Assembly (NCBI GenBank): GCA_964549355.1
Contig: CAZJUS010000028.1
Location: 1 to 10,656 of the forward strand
Source of the DNA: Candidatus Undinarchaeota archaeon
GTDB taxonomy: Archaea; SpSt-1190
Direction: 5' to 3'
Length of the DNA stretch: 10,656 bases
Under the pieces are notes generated by a model. That model saw nothing but the letters and a program-made list of their open reading frames with translations. It ran no database searches and was not told the DNA's origin. The position numbers and the translations under genes were made by a program. This document shows positions 1-6,315 of the stretch, piece by piece (positions within the stretch are counted from its first letter, which is position 1; the number at the start of each line of letters is the position of its first letter).

Positions 1-2
1 TT

Positions 3-575
3 TCAGAAGGTAGGGAGAATACGACAGATGCGGTGGGATACTTAAAGGCCATTTTTCATTTACTGTTTTTTATTATTTTGCCGTTTCCACTCACATATTC
101 ATGTTCAATAAAACTTTTAGGTTTTTTTAATCCAAGTATTTCGATAATTTCATCAACAATTACAATTTTGGGGTTCTATCTGTTTTCTTCAATTCGATAT
201 TTTGTTATGTTATTTTATTCAACAAAAATACGTAAGCAAAACAACATGCTTGCTTTTGAAATTATGAAACTTGTAGTGTTCTTATTTGCATTGATAGATA
301 CTCTAACCCTAATAATATTTCTTAATTCTTTTTCAACGCCGACCTTAGCCGTTCTCTTGATTGTCGTGGGGTATATTGTTAACGTATTTTCAAATGCCGC
401 ACTTATTGTCCAATTCAGAATGTTTCCTTTGGCTAAAATTTATCTCATAGGTGAAAAAAAGCCAATTAAAGGTAACATAATAAACATGAGTCCAGATTTT
501 GTCTATGTGGATGTGGAAAAAGAACAAATAGCTATTAAAAAAAGTCAAATACAAAAAATAGTATTTAAAAGTTAA
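3..575 (+). CDS. Hypothetical multi-pass membrane protein with a short C-terminal Sm/LSm-like beta domain; probably 5'-truncated
   Basis: The frame of ORF 33..575 has no stop back to position 3 (TCA GAA GGT AGG GAG AAT ACG ACA GAT GCG GTG), so the true start may lie outside the window. It has about 4 hydrophobic segments. The C-terminus (KIYLIGEKKPIKGNIINMSPDFVYVDVEKEQIAIKKSQIQKI) has the G-x-I...D-F-V...I-x-K-x-x-I pattern of Sm-like folds. It is much more AT-rich than the rest of the window. Confidence 0.7.
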   Translation, partial: SEGRENTTDAVGYLKAIFHLLFFIILPFPLTYSCSIKLLGFFNPSISIISSTITILGFYLFSSIRYFVMLFYSTKIRKQNNMLAFEIMKLVVFLFALIDTLTLIIFLNSFSTPTLAVLLIVVGYIVNVFSNAALIVQFRMFPLAKIYLIGEKKPIKGNIINMSPDFVYVDVEKEQIAIKKSQIQKIVFKS

Positions 576-589
576 AAAAATGTTTAAAA

Positions 590-693
590 TTTTAGAAAAA
601 TTAGCGCGATGCCGAAGGCACCGCCCGTGATCAACCTTCGTAAAGGTTGTTCGAATCTGGCCCGCGGGACGAAACTTTTTAGAAAAAAGTTTC
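590..693. repeat. Hairpin cluster flanked by an 11-bp direct repeat
   Basis: TTTTAGAAAAA occurs at 590-600 and 677-687. Hairpins: TGCC-gaa-GGCA (610-620), CAACCTT-cgta-AAGGTTG (632-649) and GAAACTTTTT-aga-AAAAAGTTTC (671-693). Confidence 0.7.
649..670 (+). other. 3' fragment of an archaeal tRNA-Tyr-like sequence (T-loop, 3' T-stem, 3' acceptor strand); candidate att site
   Basis: GTTCGAATC-TGGC-CCGCGGG-A-C maps onto tRNA positions G53..C74, with G72 and discriminator A73. C1:G72/A73 is the archaeal tRNA-Tyr identity. There is no D-arm or matching 5' T-stem upstream. Confidence 0.55.
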
Positions 694-705
694 ATCAAAA
701 AATGA
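671..705 (-). terminator. Probable terminator of the antitoxin gene, possibly bidirectional
   Basis: On the minus strand, just after the TGA stop at 706-708, there is a T-run, then a 10-bp hairpin that contains further T-runs. It lies between convergent genes. Confidence 0.45.
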
Positions 706-936
706 TCATAGTTTTAGTTTCTTTTTGAGGTCTTCGTGAGAAATTACGCGGCCCGCCTTTATGTCTTCAAGAGACTTCTTGATGTTCCTAAGAGTAGTTT
801 CAGACAAAGGTTTGTCGTCAATTTTGCTTTCGACCAATCGTTCAACAACCGAATCAAAGGATTCTCTTGGGTGTATCTTGAGTTCCTTCAATTTGTTGCG
901 GGTACTCGTTCGGATTTGGATGGTGGTGGTGGTCAT
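706..936 (-). CDS. RHH/CopG-type antitoxin (archaeal RelB-like)
   Basis: 76 aa. N-terminal TTIQIRTSTRNKLKELK...ESFDSVVERLV is ribbon-helix-helix-like. C-terminal IKKSLEDIKAGRVISHEDLKKKL is typical of archaeal RelE-partner antitoxins. It is adjacent to a RelE gene. Confidence 0.8.
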   Translation of the reverse strand: MTTTTIQIRTSTRNKLKELKIHPRESFDSVVERLVESKIDDKPLSETTLRNIKKSLEDIKAGRVISHEDLKKKLKL

Positions 937-958
937 ATGTATGTATTACAATATTATA

Positions 959-1006
959 TTTATATAATTACCCATATGTGGGTATAATCAGCTATAGCTT
1001 TATAAA
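959..1006. promoter_or_regulatory. Back-to-back TATA promoters with intervening inverted repeats (candidate TA operator)
   Basis: Minus-strand TTATATAAA at 959-967 lies upstream of the ATG at 936. Plus-strand TTTATAAA at 999-1006 lies upstream of the GTG at 1027. Between them are TACCCA-tatg-TGGGTA (969-984) and the palindrome AGCTATAGCT (990-999). Confidence 0.6.
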
Positions 1007-1026
1007 TCTCGGGCAACCTTCTGATT

Positions 1027-1275
1027 GTGTATAGGATAATTTGGTCAAAGACCGCTTCCGCCCAATTAGGAAAATTAGGGCGGACTGTGGCCAAGGCCAT
1101 CAGCAAAAAATTAGAATCAATCCGCGAAACCCCTTTTCACTTTGTTAAACGGCTCAAGGGCACGCCGTTTCATATACTCCGGGTAGGGAAATACAGAGTC
1201 ATTATGAAAATCGAAAGCAACACGCTGGTAATCTTTGTAATTGAAGTGGGCCACAGGAAGCATATTTACAAATAG
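1027..1275 (+). CDS. relE: Type II toxin, RelE/ParE family (RelE-like mRNA interferase)
   Basis: 82 aa, basic. Motifs MYRIIWSKTA..QL.KL, VKRLKG, LRVGKYRVI and VIEVGHRKHIYK match RelE. Confidence 0.9.
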   Translation: MYRIIWSKTASAQLGKLGRTVAKAISKKLESIRETPFHFVKRLKGTPFHILRVGKYRVIMKIESNTLVIFVIEVGHRKHIYK

Positions 1276-2130
1276 CTAAATCTCAATCCCCAGCAGGGCT
1301 CTGGCCGCCAGCCCCACTGCAAAGGATATGACGGCGACCCCGAAGCTTATGCCTGCCATGGTGAAGAACTCCTGCCGGAAAGGCTTCTCGTCCACCACCG
1401 ATGCAAAATACGTAAATGCTGTGATTACAAAGAGCACCCCTGCCAGGCTGGCGCCGAGGGCCGTAAAGACGTGTTTGAAAACAAAGTAGGGCCAGATCAG
1501 GACTATGACGGCAAAAGCATACGCAACGCCGGTGTAAAGGGCGGCCTTCAGCGGGTCCTCTGCTTTTTCAGCCCGCTGGGACAAAAACTCGGAAGCCATC
1601 ATTGAAAGAGTCGCGGATATTCCCGTGATGAGGCCTGCAAGGCCGACCACCATCGAATTCTGGAGGGCGAAGGTGAGGCCTGCCAGGGCGCCCGTCAGTT
1701 CAACCAGGGCGTCATTGAGGCCGAGGACCACGGAGCCGAGGTAGTCGAGGCGCTCTTCCTCTATAAGGTCTACGAGGGCGCGCTCGTGTTTGGCCTCGTC
1801 CTTTATGATGGCTTTTATGTCGGGATGCGTTTCGGCAATCCTGCTGTAAGTCTTCTGGGCGTCCATCTCGCCGTACTCCATGAGCTTGACTGCAAAAGTC
1901 AGCCCGAAAATGCGGGAGGCCCACCTGAATTTCCATACCTTGGGCATGTCGGGCTTTAGGTCCCTGCCCGTCTTTTTCCTGAACCATCGGTAATGCTTGA
2001 GCTCCTCGTCGGCAATCTTCCGCAGGACCCTGGCGTTCTTTTTGCCGGCGAATTCGGCCAGGGCGTTGTAGACAAAATATTCTGTAATTTCATTCTTCTG
2101 GGATTCCAAAAGCATGGCTTCAACATTCAT
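1276..2130 (-). CDS. Rubrerythrin/ferritin-like domain fused to a VIT1/CCC1 transporter (MbfA-like iron exporter)
   Basis: The N-terminal di-iron ligands are NEITE..Y, EELKH, E.GE..A...Y and DEAKH. The C-terminal VIT1 signature is VLGLNDALVELTGALAG...SMMASEFLS, followed by 5 TM segments. Confidence 0.92.
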   Translation of the reverse strand: MNVEAMLLESQKNEITEYFVYNALAEFAGKKNARVLRKIADEELKHYRWFRKKTGRDLKPDMPKVWKFRWASRIFGLTFAVKLMEYGEMDAQKTYSRIAETHPDIKAIIKDEAKHERALVDLIEEERLDYLGSVVLGLNDALVELTGALAGLTFALQNSMVVGLAGLITGISATLSMMASEFLSQRAEKAEDPLKAALYTGVAYAFAVIVLIWPYFVFKHVFTALGASLAGVLFVITAFTYFASVVDEKPFRQEFFTMAGISFGVAVISFAVGLAARALLGIEI

Positions 2131-2325
2131 ACTGGAACATCGTCAGGCAAGCTTATGAACTTAACCTTCAACGCCCTGCAAAAATTTTTATTGCCCACAG
2201 CAGCCCCATCCCTGCCACCATGAATATGAAACTGACGGTGGCCTTACGGATATCCTTTTCACGGTGCATCTCAGGCACCAAGTCCGAAGCGGCGATGTAA
2301 ACAAAACCGGGTCTTCTGAAGTTTG

Positions 2326-2408
2326 CGCCGAGAAGGGGATTTGAACCCCTGACCCCGGATGGGGACCAGCTTTCCAGGCTGGCGCCTTAACCGCTCAGCC
2401 ATCTCGGC
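2326..2408 (-). tRNA. tRNA-Ser (anticodon GGA), 83 nt, no intron, CCA not encoded
   Basis: Reverse complement: GCCGAGA TG GCTGAGCGGTTAAGGC G CCAGC CTGGAAA GCTGG T CCCC-ATCC-GGGG TC AGGGG TTCAAAT CCCCT TCTCGGC G. It has a long variable arm and discriminator G73. Confidence 0.97.
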
Positions 2409-2418
2409 ATGACATGCT

Positions 2419-2931
2419 TCACTCCAGTGAAGTATATCCGGCGTCCGGGCTTTTAATAATTGCAGGCGCATCCAGCCGCTGGGATTCCTTGTACTTCTCC
2501 ATGGCCCTGTCGAAGGTGTAAAGGGAGATGCCGGTGAAAAGATAAACCGCAATATCCTTCATGGTGCCCAAAGAGGTTGGGGAAGATTGGGGGAGCATGC
2601 CTTTTCCGGCCACGGCCTCGACCACTTCATAGACGATGGCGGGGACGGTTGCCAGAAGCCCTGCATATTTCTGGATCTGCCTGCCTGTCCATTTCAGGAC
2701 CTTGCTCCTGCGGTTCTCCAGGAAACATCCGGCGCTTTTTATTGCGAGGTATGGGACGACGACCGCTGCAGCGTTCAGCAGATTGTCGGGGGCGCAGACC
2801 TTGTCCGCCACCTCTTCACTTCCCCGCAAAAGCCAGTGGGTCGAATAAGAGTCCAAAGTTCCAAGGGCATAGCTGACAGCGGAATTGGCCAAAGTCTGGG
2901 CCAGCCACTCTTTGGGTTTTTTAATTTCCAA
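2419..2931 (-). CDS. Hypothetical membrane protein (about 170 aa)
   Basis: ORF track gives 2419..2988. A TTG start at 2931 is more plausible because it lies about 22-28 bp downstream of minus-strand TTTAAAA (2953-2959). It has several hydrophobic segments carrying acidic residues (LDSYST, VYEVVE, MKDIAVY). Confidence 0.55.
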   Translation of the reverse strand: MEIKKPKEWLAQTLANSAVSYALGTLDSYSTHWLLRGSEEVADKVCAPDNLLNAAAVVVPYLAIKSAGCFLENRRSKVLKWTGRQIQKYAGLLATVPAIVYEVVEAVAGKGMLPQSSPTSLGTMKDIAVYLFTGISLYTFDRAMEKYKESQRLDAPAIIKSPDAGYTSLE

Positions 2932-2988
2932 TAAAGTGGGCGTTAAAACTGCTTTTAAATCTTGGCGTCGGGCAGGCCTGCAGTCCAA

Positions 2989-4365
2989 TCAGATAAAGCT
3001 GATTTTCGGCCCTTCCTTGCTGTCGTTTATCTCCACACCGGACTTCCGCAGGTGCTCCCTGACCTCGTCGCTGATCTTGAACTCCTTTTTCCTGCGGAAG
3101 TACTCGCGGAGCTCGGCCAGCATTTTGGCCAGGACCTGCTCCCTCTTGGTCCAGCTGGGCTCCGGCATGATGGCGAAAATATCGTCGACTTTCTGGAAGA
3201 ACTGCTTTGCAGCTTCAAGGCTGGGCTTGTCCAGCCCGCCCCTGGCCACACAGCCGGCCGCCTTGTGGATGGCCACGTATGCCTTTGGGGTCTGCAGGTC
3301 GTTGTCGAGAGCTTCCGTCATCTCCTTTTCAGCAGCTTCAAACAAAGGCACTGCATCCTCCCTGCCGTATATGCCGTTCTCAAGGTTCTGGAGGACTGCA
3401 TACCACGCACGGACCAGCTTGCCCCACTGCTCCCGGGCCTTGTTTATCTTCTCCCAGCTGAAGTCGAGGGCGGTGCGGTAGTGGGCGCTGAGCAGATAGT
3501 AGCGGATGAGCTCCGCAGGATACTTGCTCGTCATGTCGTTGATGGTGACAAAATTGCCGGAAGACTTGCTCATCTTGTCCTTGTCGATAGTGAGGAAGGC
3601 GGAGTGGACCCAGTAGTTGGCGAAGGGCGCTCCGTTCGCAGACTCGCTTTGGGCTATCTCATTCTCGTGGTGCGGGAAGACCAGGTCCATGCCACCGCCG
3701 TGGATGTCCAGGGTCTTGCCGAGATATGTGCGGGACATTGCAGAGCACTCTATATGCCAGCCGGGTCTGCCGTCGCCGAAAGGGGCGTACCAGAAAGGCT
3801 CCCCTGCCTTGCGGAACTTCCAGAGGGCAAAGTCCCTTTCGCTCCGCTTGTTGGGGTTTTTCTTCTGGCTTTGGGCGTTCTCATCCACCCGTCCGCTGAG
3901 CTTGCCGTATTCCGGAAAGCTTCCGACATCAAAGTAGATGCCGTCAGCGGCTTCATAGGCGTTGCCCTTGTCGATGAGCTCCTGCACCATTTCAATTATC
4001 TCCTGTATGTGATTGGAGACGCGGGGAAAAGTAAAAGGAGGCTTGACGCGCAGGGCTGCCATGGATTCAAAGAAGCTTCTGCCGTAGCGGTCCGGGACCA
4101 TCTGCCAGCTTGTGAAGCCCTCCCCTGATTTCGACCTCTCGATAATCTTGTCGTCCACGTCCGTCAGGTTCACGACCAGCTTGACCTGGAGGCCCTGGAA
4201 CTCCAAATACCTGCGGAGGAAATCAAAGAAGATATAGGTGCGGGCGTGGCCGATATGGCTGTTGTCGTAGGTGGTGGGGCCACACACATACATCCCGACC
4301 TGTCCTTCCCGGATGGGCTTGAAGTCCTCAATCTGCTTGGTCAGGGTGTTGTAGATTTTCACCAT
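2989..4365 (-). CDS. cysS: Cysteine--tRNA ligase (class I)
   Basis: Start MVKIYNTLT (ATG at 4365). Motifs YVCGPT, HIGH, DFALWK, GRPGWHIECS, DIHGGGMDLVFPHHENE and KMSKS. C-terminal anticodon-binding helix (SDEVRE.L...GVEIND). Confidence 0.98.
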   Translation of the reverse strand: MVKIYNTLTKQIEDFKPIREGQVGMYVCGPTTYDNSHIGHARTYIFFDFLRRYLEFQGLQVKLVVNLTDVDDKIIERSKSGEGFTSWQMVPDRYGRSFFESMAALRVKPPFTFPRVSNHIQEIIEMVQELIDKGNAYEAADGIYFDVGSFPEYGKLSGRVDENAQSQKKNPNKRSERDFALWKFRKAGEPFWYAPFGDGRPGWHIECSAMSRTYLGKTLDIHGGGMDLVFPHHENEIAQSESANGAPFANYWVHSAFLTIDKDKMSKSSGNFVTINDMTSKYPAELIRYYLLSAHYRTALDFSWEKINKAREQWGKLVRAWYAVLQNLENGIYGREDAVPLFEAAEKEMTEALDNDLQTPKAYVAIHKAAGCVARGGLDKPSLEAAKQFFQKVDDIFAIMPEPSWTKREQVLAKMLAELREYFRRKKEFKISDEVREHLRKSGVEINDSKEGPKISFI

Positions 4366-4450
4366 GATTTTCCATCCCGGAGGTGCTAATATATCTATCT
4401 CCATCTGCAGACGCAGAAAATGTTTATAAAAACTCAAAAGAATGCAGTCA

Positions 4451-4747
4451 ATGGCCAACGAGCCGTACATGCCCCGTATTGTAGAGGACATCCAGCTGGA
4501 AGACGGCAGGTGCTCAAAGGAAACCAAACTTGAGTACATGGAGAGCAATAAAATTTACAACGGCCATATCCTGGAAAACCTCAAAGGCGTCTACATCGAT
4601 GTCAATTCCGAAATGCCTTTGGAGATGCTGAGACACTTTGCAGAGGTTAAACACGGCATGAAGCCGGGCGAATATTTCAGGACAGGAATGAATGTCGTTA
4701 TTCTTTCGGACCCTGCGCCTCTAGACGACCGAACGCCTGTGGACTGA
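4451..4747 (+). CDS. Hypothetical protein (about 98 aa)
   Basis: The ORF fills the gap between cysS and mpg. TTTATAAA at 4423-4430 lies about 20 bp upstream of the ATG at 4451 (alternative ATG 4442). Composition is protein-like, but no family is recognised. Confidence 0.6.
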   Translation: MANEPYMPRIVEDIQLEDGRCSKETKLEYMESNKIYNGHILENLKGVYIDVNSEMPLEMLRHFAEVKHGMKPGEYFRTGMNVVILSDPAPLDDRTPVD

Positions 4748-5257
4748 AACCCACCTGCTCTCCAAATCAAAGAACCGCATGGGCTCTTCCATGTCCTCGC
4801 GGAGGCCGATCCGCAGGCTCCTGCCGATTCGGGCAGGTGGCAGGCCTTCCTCGAACCAGATGCCTGTGGATTTGCGGATGGGCAGGGCGGTGAACGACTT
4901 GTCAATCTGGAGCGCGAGGGTCAGGCGTCCGGGGCCGGACGGGTTGCCTTCAAAATTGAGCGGTTCGACCGCCCGGATGAGGACTGCCGACACCGGCTTG
5001 GTGGTGACATTGAGCATCCAGTACTTGTGGACGTTGTAGATGAAAAACCTGCCGGCGCCGTCAAACATGGGTGCGTTGTAGTCCTTCCGGCCGTGCCTGG
5101 CCCTGCTGCCCGGGTCGTCCCTGCCGAAATACGCCTCGGTCTCCACGACCCTGCCACGGAAGACCCGGCCGCCGGGCAGCCTGCGGACCAGAGTCTGGCC
5201 CAAAAGACCCCGGGCGACTTCGTCGGCCGGACGGTTGAAAAACCTGGCAGGAAGCAT
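4721..5257 (-). CDS. mpg: DNA-3-methyladenine glycosylase (Mpg/AAG family)
   Basis: Motifs FFNRPADEVARGLLG, GRVVETEAY, AVLIRAVEP, GPGRLT.AL.I and RIG...EP.RF. Confidence 0.95.
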   Translation of the reverse strand: MLPARFFNRPADEVARGLLGQTLVRRLPGGRVFRGRVVETEAYFGRDDPGSRARHGRKDYNAPMFDGAGRFFIYNVHKYWMLNVTTKPVSAVLIRAVEPLNFEGNPSGPGRLTLALQIDKSFTALPIRKSTGIWFEEGLPPARIGRSLRIGLREDMEEPMRFFDLESRWVSVHRRSVV

Positions 5258-5305
5258 AAAGACCGGACTTGGCCAATATTATAAATCTCGGCACCATTCA
5301 TGTGC

Positions 5306-5719
5306 ATGAAAGCGCCCTGGACAGTCCTCGCAGTCCTCTCGCTGGTCGCCATCAGCCTCTTCTCAATCTATGTGGCGGGCTTCACCAGCCAGGGCATAAT
5401 GTGCAGTTATGTGACTATGATGCCTTATTTTCTGCCCATATCCTTTGCACTTGGCCTGCTTTTCGGCTATGCCGTCCCGCAGATAACCCGGAAGGAAAAA
5501 GACCCGAAATTGGTGGCCAATTTATTTGAAAATGATGAAAAAGAGGTCATCCTGGCTGCCATTGAAAACCGCATGCAGTCTGAGGTTTCGGCCAAAATAG
5601 GGAAAGTAAAGGCCTTTAGAATTATAAGAAAGCTTGAAATGAAGGGTTTGGTGGGCAGGAAGCAGGAGGGCGGGACCTACAGGCTGACCCCTGGGGGGAG
5701 GCTCAAGGGGGTGCTCTAA
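5306..5719 (+). CDS. Two-TM membrane protein with C-terminal winged helix-turn-helix (membrane-anchored regulator-like)
   Basis: Two hydrophobic helices, then ENDEKEVI...MQSEVS...KVKAFRIIRKLEMKGLVGRKQEGGTYRL (MarR-like wHTH). ATG at 5300 or 5306, downstream of TATTATAAA at 5277-5285. Confidence 0.8.
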   Translation: MKAPWTVLAVLSLVAISLFSIYVAGFTSQGIMCSYVTMMPYFLPISFALGLLFGYAVPQITRKEKDPKLVANLFENDEKEVILAAIENRMQSEVSAKIGKVKAFRIIRKLEMKGLVGRKQEGGTYRLTPGGRLKGVL

Positions 5720-5776
5720 AAATTTAAATGTGACTACTCCCAGATAAAGATATAAAGAAGCCCTGCATCCGGATGT

Positions 5777-6247
5777 ATGTCCAAAGGGGACATGAGCGAA
5801 GGGCAAGAGTTGCTGAGTCTTGGGATGGAGGAGCTTGTGGAGCTTTGGGGCAGAAAATTCAATGAACGCGGTGAGGACGGCATCCCGGAAAACTTGAGGC
5901 GTGCGATGGGAAGCTATTCTTTTCTGATAAACTTCAAGCAAAAGCTGGAAGACTGCTTCAAAGAATGCAGGAATGAGGACGGCATCAAAAGGGAAAGGAC
6001 TACATGGATGGCGTACTGCACACACAAAAAAGCATATGCGGAGCATTTCAACGGCCTGCTTGCAAATCTGGGTTTGGAGTATGCGCTCATTCCCGGCGTG
6101 GCGGACGAAGATGAATTTCCGGGCTCCGGAATAGCATACGCCGATATCCGCAGGTCCTACAGAATCCTGCTTGAAGAAATCCCGAAAGCTGAAATTGACG
6201 GCAAACCCCTGAAGCACCATTTCGTTGAGTATATACTGGAACCTTGA
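5777..6247 (+). CDS. Hypothetical acidic soluble protein (156 aa)
   Basis: Clean ORF with a TATA-like GATATAAA at 5749-5756 and a terminator-like element downstream. No family recognised. Confidence 0.7.
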   Translation: MSKGDMSEGQELLSLGMEELVELWGRKFNERGEDGIPENLRRAMGSYSFLINFKQKLEDCFKECRNEDGIKRERTTWMAYCTHKKAYAEHFNGLLANLGLEYALIPGVADEDEFPGSGIAYADIRRSYRILLEEIPKAEIDGKPLKHHFVEYILEP

Positions 6248-6251
6248 GTGT

Positions 6252-6276
6252 TGAAATCCGGCGAGTTTCATTTTTT
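6252..6276 (+). terminator. Candidate terminator after the 5777..6247 gene
   Basis: Imperfect hairpin TGAAATC-cggc-GAgTTTCA followed by T6 (6271-6276). Confidence 0.5.
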
Positions 6277-6302
6277 GAAACCAAATTATATAGCTGGTTT
6301 CA
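6276..6302 (+). promoter_or_regulatory. TATA box of the redox operon embedded in a perfect 8-bp inverted repeat
   Basis: TGAAACCA-aattatatagc-TGGTTTCA. TTATATAG at 6286-6293 lies about 23 bp upstream of the GTG at 6316. Confidence 0.6.
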
Positions 6303-6315
6303 GCTTTAGATACCT

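Noticed and set aside
976..1004. Possible Xer dif-like site (GGGTATAA-tcagct-...)
   Set aside because: The right arm lacks the TTAT half-site. It is better explained as promoter/operator sequence.
2131..2220. Fluoride-riboswitch-like words (GATGGGG...CTGACGATG) upstream of the VIT1 fusion on the minus strand
   Set aside because: The pseudoknot pairing and spacing do not fit the consensus. A TATA-like element about 25 bp upstream of the ATG suggests a short-leader transcript.
2220..2300. 26-aa small ORF MNMKLTVALRISFSRCISGTKSEAAM
   Set aside because: Too short, with no motif or other support.
2962..4128. 388-aa + strand ORF (also 2885..3481)
   Set aside because: Antisense shadow of the GC3-rich cysS gene, with no recognisable motifs.
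4366..4548. 61-aa N-terminal extension of CysS in the ORF track
   Set aside because: CysRS homology starts at MVKIYNTLT. The extension crosses a TATA box and the divergent gene.
5766..5775. 10-bp palindrome CATCCGGATG just before ATG 5777
   Set aside because: A single short palindrome of this length is expected by chance in a 10-kb window.
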